DNA of 64,000 nucleotides from the human T2T-CHM13v2.0 reference genome, Homo sapiens. The notes beneath the pieces are model-generated. The model saw only the letters and a list, made by a program, of their open reading frames with translations, had not been told where the DNA came from and searched no databases. Numbering within the stretch: position 1 is the stretch's first letter; every line of letters begins with the position of its first letter. The translations under genes were made by a program, and so were the position numbers. The stretch is from assembly GCF_009914755.1 (NCBI RefSeq), contig NC_060929.1. The stretch is one strand, 5' to 3'. Shown piece after piece: positions 14,641-28,800 of this stretch.

Positions 14641-15399
14641 TAGATCTGAGCCGTTCAATTTCAATAGTTTAGGATCCAACCTCACTCTCAGGCAAAGAAT
14701 AGAGGAAATGATACCAACGTATTTATCTGTCAATAAACACTTGGTGATTTGAATATGGTTAAGGGATTCCTGTAGTTTGCCCCCCTTAAAACTGAACTTT
14801 GTCCAAACCTGTTCTAAATATGTGTGTGCGTGTGCATGCATCTGGGTGTTGGGGAGGAGCGGTCGTAAAGTTCCTTTTAAATTTCACCTATGGGGGACTA
14901 CTTCCCACCTCATCCTATGAAGTCAACATTAGCCTAAATACCAAAGCCAGATTAAGACACTACAAGAAAACTACGAAACAATATCTCTCACGAACACAGA
15001 TGCAGAACTTCTAGACAAAACGTTTCCAAATTGAAGCGAAGACCATATTAAAAGGACAAAAGCACCTCAGTGGTTGCTTGGGGACTGGGGGAGGGGCTGG
15101 ATTACTATCTTGGCTGTGGTGTCGAAAACCTATCAAATTGTTCACTTTAAATATGTGCAGTTTATTGTATCCCAACCATTCCTCAACAAAGCTGTTTTTC
15201 AGAAACATTTGTCCATGTAGTTTTGCCTTTGAATGGTTGGGTCAATGAAGAGAAAAACGAGTGAAAACAGGGAATCATGACACTTTGTTTTTTTACGTGT
15301 AAATATTCGCAAAACGCCCAAACTGGTAACTTTGGGAACACGGGTTCACGCAGAAGAAGGGCTGCTGTCTGGGGAGGACTGAAACTCGGGTTCCCGAAG

Positions 15400-16750
15400 T
15401 CGGGCTGCTCTGGGGCCACGGAGAGAAGGGGAGAGAACGTCGAGGAAGAGGCAGAGCTCAAGTGGACGGAGGATGGAACACAGAGCGCGGCCGGGACAAA
15501 GGGGCAGGCCAGACAGCCGTGACAGAGAAACTAGGCGGTCCGCTCCTGGGACGCGGTCTCGGGGGCGGGTTCGCCCCTGAGGCCCGGTGACCCTTCGCCC
15601 GCAACCAGGGCTAGCGCTTGTGTGCGCCCACGGAAGCACCCGAGCGACCGGAGAAAGAAAAAGTGGTCAAGGGGACCTCCTTCCAGCTCTACGCGCCTCT
15701 CATTCAGAGAGGTGAGGTCAGGAAAGGGGAAGGACGAAGCCCCAGAGCAACAGAAGTCAGGCGGTGCCAGGAACACTGAGGGCGGAGCCAGGGGAAGGCG
15801 GCCGAGCGCGGCCCCCTCTCCTCCCGGGCCGGGGCGGGCCCGAGGCCTCGATCCGCCTTCCCCGCGCCGTCCTGGTCACGGCCCCGCGGGGCAGCCATGC
15901 CTGGCCGTCTGCTGCGGGGCCTGTGGCAGCGATGGCGCCGTTACAAGTACCGCTTCGTTCCCTGGATCGCACTGAACCTAAGCCACAACCCGAGGTGAGA
16001 GGGCGGGACGGCAGAACGAGGGGCACCTGCCTTCGGTTCCCAGACGCCACCACGGCGGCGGGACGCGAAGCGGAGAGCCTGAGGCGGACTGCCGGCCTGA
16101 GATGGGCGGGCCCGGGTGGGCAGGGACTGAGGTGGGCGGGCCGGGTGGGCGGGGACTGAGGCCTCGGAGGGGTTTAAGGAACGCGGGCCAGAGGCGGGCG
16201 GGGCCGAGGTTGGTGGAGTCCGAGGCCCGCTGGAAGCCTGAAGTGGGCGGTGGCTTCAGGTGGGCGGGGCCTATGGCCTCTTTCCCAGTGTCCGCTGCGC
16301 TGCCGGGCCCGCGAGGCCGAGCTCGCCAGCCGGATGTGTCGCCTGTTCTTCCCTGTTGCGTTCGGCACTGACTGGGGAGCTTGTATCTGGGCAAAAATGG
16401 AAACTTTTTAAAAAGACTGCCCTTACCGCGTGAGAGTGCGTGGCTTTTTCTCCACCAGGGGTTAATTAGGTGCTTGAACTTCCTCAGAAAAGCCAATCCA
16501 GGGTTTATTTTCATAGTTCATACAAGTACTTCACGTGGTTAAAGAAGCCCATCCCGGCTGTGAGAATAGCGTGCAGTAGCTCGCGCGTTAAGAACGGGCA
16601 GAACGCCACTCAAAAGCACGTCGGGATGGTGGGTTTCGGATTGGGGTGAGTCCCGCCGGCGTTATTAAGGGCGCACCAGTGATCAGCTCAACACCGTGCT
16701 CACCAAAGAGGCCGACCGGGCCTCCCTGAAGTCAGTGTCCGACAAATAGG
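15400..16750. promoter_or_regulatory. SETD9 CpG island promoter
   Basis: High GC and CpG density, many GGGCGG boxes, ETS-like CCGGAAG-type core at ~15630, surrounds exon 1. Confidence 0.9.
15897..15994 (+). CDS. SETD9: SETD9 coding exon 1 (MPGRLLRGLWQRWRRYKYRFVPWIALNLSHNP-R)
   Basis: gcagccATG start; donor AG|GTGAGA; 98 nt, phase matches exon 2. Confidence 0.95.
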
Positions 16751-17049
16751 GAAACAAAGCGGTTTCCGGAAGGTTGCATGCTAGGGAAACAGGAGATCAG
16801 TTGTATCATGACTCGGAACCGTGAGGCGGGAATTACAACCTTTTTGTTCAAGTAAAAATAATGCAGTTAGTACAAAAAGATAATGATTATGGAAATAAGA
16901 GGTGCAGTCATTGAAGACGTTAGTCGTCCTGGAGGGAGTGTCACAAAGTATATGATGTTGAATTTGTCTTTGAAACTACAAGGCCATTTTTAAAAAGCCA
17001 TTGAATGTGAGGTCATTCATTCTCATTGTGATGACATTCAGCTTGGCTG

Positions 17050-17200
17050 TTGGGTGTAGTACGGGAAAGAGCTGAACTTCGTTTCTGCCTCTGGCTCTAC
17101 CACTTACTGGCTTTGGGACCTTGAACAAGTTCCCTAACAATTTTGCTTTCCTTGTCTGCAAAAATGGAATAATGTAAGGACCCCACAGCATGTGGTATAG
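17050..17200 (+). mobile_element. MIR fragment
   Basis: CTGGCTCTACCACTTACTGGCTTTGGGACCTTGAACAAGTT...TGTCTGCAAAAATGGAATAAT. Confidence 0.7.
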
Positions 17201-17419
17201 AATGGGCCTTTCATAAGTACTGACTACTTGGGTGGGAAGTGTTGGGAGTTAGCTAACTAGAACTCCCTCAAACAATTCTTTTCTGAACTTAGTTTCCAGC
17301 CCTCCACACACATGAGAATAAGCTTATAGTTCCTTAAGGCCAGGAACCCAGAAGTTATGCAGGTAAGTTTGGCTTTTATCAGTTGAAGGGTAGTGAATAG
17401 AAACTTTTCCCATTTTCAG

Positions 17420-17787
17420 GACCCTCCGATATGTTCCAGAGGAATCCAAAGACAAAGTTATCTCAGATGAAGATGTCCTAGGAACATTACTGAAAGTTTT
17501 CCAGGCTCTATTCTTAAATGATTTCAATAAACAATCAGAAATCTTGACTATGCTTCCAGAATCTGTTAAATCAAAATATCAAGACCTACTGGCAGTTGAA
17601 CATCAAGGGGTGAAACTGCTTGAAAACAGACATCAACAGCAAAGTACCTTTAAACCAGAAGAAATTCTTTACAAGACTTTGGGTTTCAGTGTTGCCCAAG
17701 CAACTAGCTCATTGATTTCTGCTGGAAAAGGTGTCTTCGTTACTAAAGGATTGGTACCAAAAGGCGCAGTCGTATCTATGTATCCTG
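17420..17787 (+). CDS. SETD9: SETD9 exon 2 (TLRYVPEESK...AGKGVFVTKGLVPKGAVVSMYP)
   Basis: ttttcAG acceptor, G|GTAACA donor, 368 nt open frame; contains SET motif I (GxG). Confidence 0.96.
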
Positions 17788-18142
17788 GTAACAGCACGAT
17801 TAATATTATACTTTGCCAAGCTTCTTACGTATTGATAAACATAAGTTCAGTAACATACCCAGCCTTGCAATCCTTAGAGTAAGGGATTAAATTGGAAACT
17901 CGAGTTTCCATAGATTTTTGCAATTCTAATTCGGAAATTAACTGTTTGTAAATTGTTTTGTGTTAGAAAGTATCCTGGAGTATTTGTTGGGATAAATGCA
18001 CTTTTTCTTTCAAGGAAAGCTTTCCTGTCAACGTTTAAATTTAGAACATAGTATGACCCACTTTGACAAATTACTTAAAAAGCACTAGAGAAACATGTCA
18101 GTTTGGTTTAATTGATAGCTAAGGATAAAAATGGTATGGATA

Positions 18143-18425
<283 letters not shown>

Positions 18426-19261
18426 GCGTACGGATCAAAACATAAAAGACAACATTTAAACCCATAAGTCACCGAATGAAGACCTTCCTGCCCTTTCTAC
18501 ACTTGGAAAGTAAGGCAATTTCTTGGCACAAGATCATTAACTAGAATGCTAAATAGACTACGTTATGTGTTAAACTAACATTATATTATTTGGTATAGTG
18601 GAAAGTGTGTGTGTGAATATTTGAGTCAGATAGACCCAGGTTTTTAAAAATTCATTCTCCTGTTTTCTAATTTTACATCCCCAAACAAGGGAGTTTCAGT
18701 TTCCTGCTGTACGAGTAATCTAATTTTGTAAAGACTAAATAGAATAAATAAATTAATACTAAAAGAAGTTTAATAAATAGATTAACATGCCTGGAACATA
18801 GGAAGCACTCGGTAAATATTTTCTCATTTCGTCTTTTTCCAGTGAAAGGAGAAACAGCCTTAATGTCAGACTCATCTATTCCCATATGTGTCTACATTAT
18901 TTAATTATTAGCAAAATAAATTTCTTCAAACTCTTTAGATGTTAAATCACATTCTACTTAAATATATATGTGTGTGTGTATATATATACACATATACATA
19001 TAAATGTGTATATGTATATATATGACTTTGTAAAACTGAGCCTAAAATGTGATGTTCATATTATCATTAACCAAGATAGCCATATTCTGTTTTGCTGTGT
19101 GGATGAGTTGGTTCTGTGCTCCATCTGCTATTGGGCGTTCACGCTTTAAGAGGGAGAAAGTAACTAAAGAGAATGTGATTATATTCCAAAGAAGGGTTCT
19201 TATCGCAGTGTTTATGATTTTTCATGTTGTTATCATATTTCTTTGTCTTGTTGTGTAATAG

Positions 19262-19385
19262 GTACAGTATATCAGAAGTATGAGCCGATCTTTTTCCAGT
19301 CCATTGGAAATCCGTTTATTTTTAGATGCCTGGATGGGGTACTCATTGATGGGAATGACAAAGGGATATCAAAAGTTGTGTACAG
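19262..19385 (+). CDS. SETD9: SETD9 exon 3 (GTVYQKYEPIFFQ...GISKVVY-R)
   Basis: taatAG acceptor, AG|GTAAGT donor, 124 nt, frame-consistent. Confidence 0.95.
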
Positions 19386-19458
19386 GTAAGTGATGCCCAT
19401 GTTCAAATTTAATTATAGGAGACAGAACCGCACTTACCACAATGATTATGACTAATAG

Positions 19459-19934
<476 letters not shown>

Positions 19935-20124
19935 AGCATTTATACTTTGAATAAAATTCTGTTTAGATAGCTGCTGTGTAACAACTCAGTTGCCCTACTG
20001 ATTATACTAAAGTCTTTTTTTTTTTTTTTTAAGAAAAAATGCACTGGTGTAATTCTAGGGTTTTGTATTTTAGGATTCTATTTTAAGATACAGATCCATT
20101 AGCTAATGCTTTCACTTGTTTCAG

Positions 20125-20240
20125 ATCTTGCAATGGGAGGGATCGACTCGGCCCTTTAGAAATGAGTGATAGTACATGGCTAACGTCAGAAATTCATAAC
20201 CCTCTGGCTGTGGGACAGTATGTCAACAATTGTTCCAATG
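20125..20240 (+). CDS. SETD9: SETD9 exon 4 (SCNGRDRLGPLEMSD...GQYVNNCSN)
   Basis: tttcAG acceptor, G|GTAAGA donor, 116 nt. Confidence 0.95.
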
Positions 20241-21111
20241 GTAAGAAGGCATCATGGGGCTGTGAGATGAGATATATCAATGGCTAATTCTACTCCTTTG
20301 TCATATGACTGAGTGCCAAGGGCAGTTGAGTATAACATATAATAAGCTAGTCAAGTCCTTAAGCAACTCTCACTTTTGGGGGATGATATTAGAGAGAATT
20401 AGGGGAAATCTTGATATACATTATTTAGAATTGTTTAATTTACTATTTTTCTTCTGATTTTGCAGTGAATATAGGCAATTGATAACTCCCCTTTGATCAT
20501 TATTATTTTAGCATTTTAAAAATAGAAATTATTATGTCAGTGCTTCAATATAGCCTTATAGATTAATGGCTAGACTAGTATCTGCTTTCTGTTGCTAAGT
20601 TTGTGAGTCCCTATCTATATCTTCTTTAGGAGTTGACTTTCCCATAGGTAAAAGTTTGATTGTTTGAATACATTTAACATGGGCTTTGGCGTTAGTGAGA
20701 AACGAAGTCCAAGCCTGACTCTTTTATTAGTATTTAACCTTTAACATTTCTGAGCCTCTATTTCCTGATATATAAAAAGTAAACAATAAAACATACATAT
20801 ATGTTTATTATGTATGTTGGTAGATATTATCTAAACATATGTTATTATATATGTTGTTTATGCAAAAAGTAATAAAACATGTTTTATATATGTCTTTTTG
20901 AATATTTTATTTTATATATTTATGATTTACCATATATATCTGCAAATATATATACGTAAATAAACTCTGACAGTACCTGGAACATAGTAGTAATTATTTT
21001 GATCATGTTTTGATAATTTAGAAAAACAGACATTGAGTGTCATAATTCAATTCTGTTTTCCATGACCTTGTATAATGGCTCTTTTTCTAAAAATGATGTG
21101 CTTGTTCCTAG

Positions 21112-21217
21112 ACAGAGCAGCTAATGTCTGTTATCAGGAATTTGATGTGCCTGCAGTTTTCCCTATAGAACTGAAGCAGTATCTTCCAAACATTGCCTAC
21201 AGCTATGACAAACAAAG
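21112..21217 (+). CDS. SETD9: SETD9 exon 5 (DRAANVCYQEFDVP...YSYDKQ)
   Basis: ttcctAG acceptor, AG|GTTCGT donor, 106 nt. Confidence 0.94.
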
Positions 21218-21932
21218 GTTCGTTTGCTAAAAGAGCATTTCATATCTTCTGCTTATGCTGTACTTAAAAAAATATAGAAGAAAAAGCTATGTAGAATTTG
21301 GGGTAAAATTTTTTTTTTAGTGAAAAATTATAACTCAGATTTTTATATTCACACCTTAACGTGTTAATGTAGGCTTATTTGAAATTTAAAATTTTCCTTT
21401 AAACTAGCTCATTCTGTTTATTTTTACCCATTTTTATTCTATGGCAATACTTCATAAGTATCCACCTTAAAGTTTTTTCAAATAATTCTGTTGTTTTTCC
21501 TACCTACAAAATCTTCAAATATATCTTTACTTTAATCATTTATAATATCATGTTCTCTACCTTATAAGAAAGCATCCAATTGAAGAAAGAGGCCAAATTA
21601 CACTATGATTCCTTTGCCAATTTCACTATTAGGTTCTTAATAATGAAACTAAATAAAAAAGGACTGTATTCAGAAGACACATATTTTAACATAGCATTTA
21701 TTTCCTGTTCATTCAGTGGAAAGTCTACTGAGAATATTCAAATAACAATTTTAAAATATAGGTAATTCTGGAGAGCTAAGAGTTCTTTCTTAACAGTGCT
21801 GTAGGAAGATACAATCTTTGTATTATTTTGTTGAGTTGCTAGCAAACTTTATTTTATATAGGACCTATTAAATTGTCCTTCTAAGATGAATGACATTTAA
21901 AACATGAACTATTATTTATACTTAAAACTTGA

Positions 21933-22240
21933 GGCCAGACACGGTACCTCAAGCCTGTAATCTCAGCACTTTGGGAGGCCAAGGTGGGTGGATTGCTTGA
22001 GCACAGGAATTCGAAACCAGCCCAGACAACATGACAAAACCCCTTCTCTACAAAAAATACAAAAATTAGCTGGGTGTGGTGGTGTGTACCTGTAGTCCCA
22101 GCTACTTGGGAAGCTGAGGTGGGAGGATCCTTGACTTGGGAGGTGTATGTTGCATTGAGCTGAGATGGCACCACTGCACTGCAGCCTGGGTGACAGAGCC
22201 AGATCCTGTCCCAAAACAGGAAAAAAACAAAAACCAAAAA
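21933..22240 (+). mobile_element. AluJ in SETD9 intron 5
   Basis: Diverged Alu consensus with flanking AAAACTTGA repeats. Confidence 0.92.
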
Positions 22241-22331
22241 CTTGATAACTTTTGCTTCTCTGCATGTGTATGTTTGTGTGTTTAACTATTAGCTTTTCTT
22301 AGCCATATACTCCGGGGCATGATGTTATTAG

Positions 22332-22726
<395 letters not shown>

Positions 22727-23065
22727 TCAGGATATAAGATACAAATGAATGCAAGAAAAACTATAATGTCATTTTAAAATCCTTTTTGTGATACTAGTTT
22801 TGGGGGCCTAAACTTAGAAACAATGTTTTCAGAAGAAGTAGTCAGTTGTATAAACATTGATTTGTGATTTTTTAAATGATATAGATATACTCTTTAGAAT
22901 ACCTGCATCAGGAATAAGAACTATTTCCTCATGGAAATCAAATGCATAAACTAAAATGGAAGGAACCTGAGTAAAGTTACCTCTATAAAAGCCATCTTGG
23001 TTATATTAAAAATATGAGTTTATATTTGTTAATGCTCTACCTTTTGTATATCTTTTTGTTTTCAG

Positions 23066-23153
23066 CCCACTTCGATGTGTTGTTCTTGTCGCACTTAGGG
23101 ACATCAATCAAGGAGAAGAGCTTTTTTCAAACTACTACACAATTGTCAGCTAA
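23066..23153 (+). CDS. SETD9: SETD9 exon 6 coding part (SPLRCVVLVALRDINQGEELFSNYYTIVS*)
   Basis: ttttcAG acceptor; SET C-terminal motif GEELxxxY; TAA at 23151-23153; spliced CDS totals 900 nt. Confidence 0.96.
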
Positions 23154-23600
23154 CTCTGTGAATCAGAAATTATTAGGTTTTCTACTCAGCTATTAATTCT
23201 AAGTGTTTTTTGTTAATCACTTCTCTGAGTTCTACCTGTAAAACAAATATTTTGAGACTTAATTGGAATAGGAATTTCTTATGTTTTTGTTGATATTATA
23301 TTTATGTTCCAATTTCATGATAAAAGCTACTTGCTTCATTACAATTTCAAATTTGTAATGCAATTCCAAGTTTAATTGGTTTTCACCTAAATACACAATA
23401 GCTTATTAAATTAAAACCTACTCTTTGAACTTATAATTTCAATTTTTCTTTTGTTTATTTTGTAAGCTCTGTGGTGGTTTATAAAATTGTAGCCAGGCAT
23501 CAGCAGTTCTTGTAGTACTGCTGATGTGTACAAACTTCTGTAAAAACTTTATTTTTACAGAATTGAGTAAAAAATACCTATTGTGTTGCCATGAGTAAAT
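23154..23600 (+). other. SETD9: SETD9 3' UTR with only non-canonical poly(A) hexamers
   Basis: ATTAAA at 23405, AGTAAA at 23566 and 23594; no AATAAA seen; end position is inferred. Confidence 0.6.
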
Positions 23601-24179
23601 TGGTGTGTCTATGTATAATGTAAAGATTGCTCTAGCTGGCTGAGGGGAAAATGTGAGGTCATTATTACTATTTTCTTTACTCTTTGAACATTTTCACACC
23701 AAAGAAAAGGTGGAAAAAAAGTGCAAGATAGTGTTGGTGGGAGGAACACTTATTCCCTGTGTCTCATGTCTTCATGTGGAGGGCTTCCACTGGTTAATGT
23801 TCCTAGCCTCTCTCTCCACCCACTGGAGGCAGAGTGACTCCCTGATTATGTTTGGAGAATAACTAGGCACCCATGTCCTATATACCCTTCTAGTTCCTTC
23901 CCTGTGGACTCTGGCTGCCAGCAGAAAGAATGTGTCCTGGCAGTTCTCTGCCTTGTGCAGAGAATAGCCTGTAGCCAGCCCAGCCAGTGACAGAGTGAGT
24001 CCAGAGGTGTAATATATTGGCAGGCCAACCTGGCTGCAGCCCTGAAGCTACCTTCCCGTTTTATTAGCAATAGTTACTTTGACCTCCATCGACCTAACTC
24101 CAGCTCTCTCAGTTCCAAACTTGGATAGGAAGGAGGGTGTTCTTTACTGGATCCCTCAAAAATTCATGGAACCTATATG

Positions 24180-24690
24180 ACCAGATTCTGATTACCTTCA
24201 CTTCCTTACCACCAGCTTTACTCACCTAGTTTATTGCAATTTCAGTAGCCTCTCAATTGCCTTCCTTGTTTCCACTCCTGTCCCCCTTACAGAACATATC
24301 ACCAAGTGTGATTCTTTTAAATGAAAGTCAGGTATTGACATACGTCTGCTCAAAACCCTCTCCCTATCATGGAGTAAATGCTGAAGTCCTTCACATGCAT
24401 AACCTGCTCATGACCTCAAGAGCTCCTCTCCTTTCTCCCCTTGCTCACTCCATCCCAACCCACACCTGCCTCCTGGCCACTCCCCAAACCTGCCAGGCAC
24501 ATTCCCAACCAAGGACTTTTGCACTTAGTTCTCTCTGCCTGTAAACATCTTCCCCCAGACAGCCACATAGCTTGTTCTCTCCCTTCCTGTCACCTCAGTG
24601 AGGAGCGTTGCCTCATCACCCCACTGAAATTTACAATCCCTCACTGCTCCCAACCCTGACATATTCCTCATTCTCTTTAGCACTTACCAC
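24180..24690 (+). mobile_element. L2 fragment
   Basis: CTGCTCAAAACCCTC...CACACCTGCCTCCTGGCC...AGGACTTTTGCACTTAGTTCTCTCTGCCTG is L2 3' sequence. Confidence 0.7.
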
Positions 24691-25359
24691 CAGCAAGCTC
24701 AAAAAGCGTACCATAGATGGAAATTATGGCCAAAATGACTTCTAGTAACAGATGTACTAGATTATCCTGCTTCCACAGGCTTTTCCGTCTCCTAAAGCCT
24801 GAAAATACTCTGAGCTCTCACATGGCACATTGTTGCATTCTTGCTGTATTCGGAATATGTGTGCTTGTCCCTGCTCTGAAGGCACTTCTGTGCATGTGTC
24901 CACCACAGAGCCCTATGTGCTAAGGTCCTTTCGTGTCTGACAAGGAAGGGATGTGGTTTTAGTCAAGTAACCAAAGCAGAGGAGTCAAGATTTTTGCTTT
25001 CCTTTTATCCCCTTCTTGGCCTTGTACAAACTTTGGATATTATGGGCAAGCTGATCACTGCATCTTAAAAATGGAACTACATAAAGCTCTGGTCAGAGGA
25101 AATGAAATATGGGGACAAACTTGTGAAATAATGGCAAGATAGGAGCTTTAGCTTAAAAAGATGTTTAGGAAAGATAGATATGACTACGGTCAAACTATGA
25201 ATCGTATGGATAAGGAAGACTAGTTGACCATAAATGTAGTCTGTCAAATAATAATAATATTTGACCAAATTTCAGATCTGTCTGTCTTCATAAAAGACAG
25301 TTACCTAGAACAGCGTTTGAAACATAATAAATGTTTCCTGAATTAAACTAAAAGTATAA

Positions 25360-25652
<293 letters not shown>

Positions 25653-25849
25653 GGGGGACTTTTATTATAGATGGAAATTATAGAGGATTTAAGGAAAATA
25701 TTTAATCTACCAACTTCACTATCTATCATATATCTTATTTACTGCATCTAAAACCAATTTAACAGTGGTATAATATCTATCTATTTGCTGTAGCTTAAGA
25801 TTCATTAAATAAAATATCTGTATTTTTGGCAAATATTCACACAAACCAA

Positions 25850-28800
25850 GAAAAAAAGATTCCCAGATTTTTATTTCTGGAACTGTACACCAGGTATTAA
25901 AGTACAACAAATACAAAATAATGCTCAAAAAAATCAGTGTTTATGTACAAATATTAAAATCAATGCAATAGCAACTTCCTCTTGAACATCTGATACTGAA
26001 ACTTGTTCTGATTGTCACTAATTTATCTCATACTCACAGGGTACTTATTTCAAACTGGGACAATTGGAATCACTGGTCATCTAAGAGGAATATTAATATC
26101 TACCATATTTAACAATAAAACTAATAGTTTCCTCCATTTAGTGAAAAAATTAGGAACTTTTTAAAAAACATAGTAACGTCAATATTTTATAAATTATTTC
26201 AATTTCCATTTGTAGACAATGTGCTTTGAAACTCTGGGCAAACAATCTCCTTGGTGGTCAGGTTTATTTGTTAGTTTACATTCAAAGTTGAAATATTCAC
26301 TAGAGACTTTGGTTAAATTAAATAGTATCACTATGCTCTATTAGATCTGATGTTCTCAAATATTTATGAGCCTCAACATTTTAAAAATTAAAAAGGAAAT
26401 GATTGCACAATTCTTTGATCTAATTGTACAAATTTTAGTATTTTTTAAACAGTATTCTACATCCTTCAAGTAAATTCAGCAGCTGACCATGACAAGAGGA
26501 AAACTAAACATTTAAAAAGCTAGCATGAAAAAGATGAAGTACAACTAACAAATGTATTGCTATAATCACAGCACCAGTTACACTTCTAAATGAATCCACT
26601 GTCCTTTTCAAATTCCCTGTACATAAAAGATATATCAGCCAACACTGCAACTGCTCACCATGAATTTTTGGTTTGTTCATAAGAAAATAATGGGGCAAAG
26701 GAAAAAAAAACAAAAAGAATTTATCACAGTTTGTTATAAGAATTGTGCTTAACACTTGATAATAAAGGCATTATTGTTTCTTCACATGATTGCAAATCCG
26801 GTTGTTTTCTTGCTTCCAAATGCAATTCTTTTAATAAACAGTAACAAATTCTCTGTTAAGATGTTTAAACTGAGAGAAAAAAAAAACCCAGTAAATCCAG
26901 CTTTTAAAAGAAAATTCAATAAATAGCTATTTTACATGGATAAAGTCATAGTGGTACAATTTATGAATGTCACATCAAGCATGCACAAAAATGGTATTAT
27001 ACATGGCAGAAGTAGTCAGAAAATATTGAATTAGATCTAAAAAGATATGAAGAATTTACACTTATATACAAAAATCTTGCAAATTATTGCCTCATTTTAA
27101 CAAGGAATTAAAAGTAAACATTACCAGCTAGTTAGCACTCTCTAAGAGGCTAAAATCAGATTGACATTTAAAAATCTATTAAACTAGCTGGAATTTATTT
27201 TTCTCTCATACCATTTTCTGGATTTTGGTCAAAAATCTTTATTTAAATAACTAAAGTGTCCATTCAACTTGCTGATAATCAAAACTTTAGATAAGAAACA
27301 CTGTTTCCATCTTATATCAAGACCCCAGCAATGCATAGATAAACTGAATATATTACTGCATCAGCTACTGAGAATGGGCATGTTCATTTAAGTGCAACTG
27401 GTATTAGCATTCAGTCATCTTTGTGTAAATTATTTATACAGACCAGCCACTGTAAACCCAGAGTGAAAATTAAGGTTATAACAATGGAAGATTATGGCCA
27501 GTATCTTACTAAATTATAGAAAGTGTACTGATTTTTAATAAAAGAAATAAGGTTCAAAGTTTAGCACAACAACACAGCAATAAGAAGCTGACAACTTGGA
27601 TAAAAATACAAGAAAGTAACACAGAGCCCAGGCTACCCATTATTTACTGTGTGCATACAGGAATGCTATACTTCAGATGTATAAATTAGAGACTGATTTT
27701 AAGTTATTAATTTAACTACTTTTTGTCCACTGTGCTAAACTAAATTTTATACTAATGTGCTACTGCGTAAACACTTCAAAGCAATCTTCATTAAAATGCT
27801 GCAAAGAAAAACAAGAATACACATCATCCAAAACTAAGGATGTCATTGCAGTTCACAGTTTGTATAATAAATACCCTCCCTTTCAATCACTACTAAGATC
27901 ACTACATCCTATCTACTCATCAGCACAACCTTGAAGCAACTTATACTTACAAATATTAGCAATGCAGCCAAACATTTGTTTTTTGCAAAGCAACTAGTAA
28001 AAATCAAGAATTTTAATTAAGACGGTGCAAACAACATAATTCTCTATTTTAACAGTACTACAAAAGCAAAGATTACATCCTAATACTGTATTACATATTG
28101 TTTGATTCACCTTATAACTTAAAAATGCATGTTTATAGCACAAAAATGGCCAAAGTTTAGGACAATGGCTTCTCATTCACAATATTTGGAATAAAAATAA
28201 AACTGAGTTTGAGATACATCTGAACATCTATCAATTTTTAAAACTTAAAAGTGGTAATGTACCATTCTATTTCAGATAGGAACTCACATTATTCTTGCCA
28301 ACTGTTCAAGCTTAACAAAAAAGCTTAAATATACTTCAAGGTTCTACTGCATTAGGTATAAAATCTAGAAGTCCCTCTAAATATTAACACTTTGAACTGC
28401 AGTGCTACAAACAACTTAAAAGATGTCCCAAAATGTAAACCATTGAGTGGCAATATCCTAGGCTTTGTAGACTGTGCCTCTGCAAGTCGACTGCCTCAGG
28501 ATAAACTAAATTATCAATGACTGGTATGATTTTTAAGATTACAATCTTGACAATGGTGGACAAAACCCCATCTGAGTACCACATCTTCAAATGCCAAAAC
28601 TGTAGCCAATAAATGAAGTTACACAGAAATCTCCTGGCAGTAACATGACCAATTCTGTGTAAGGTAGCCCTGGTCTAGAATTTTGAAACAGGATCCAAGC
28701 AAGCGTCTTCATTATTTGCACACAGTTCCTTGTGCTGGCTTCCATAAAGATGGACTTGCTGTTTTGTAAACTGAAGTGCTCTAGTTGAATAACATGAGAG

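Noticed and set aside
15346-16514. Several 60-178 aa ORFs around SETD9 exon 1
   Set aside because: Same CpG-island artefact; the real exon is 98 nt and is not listed as such in the ORF track.
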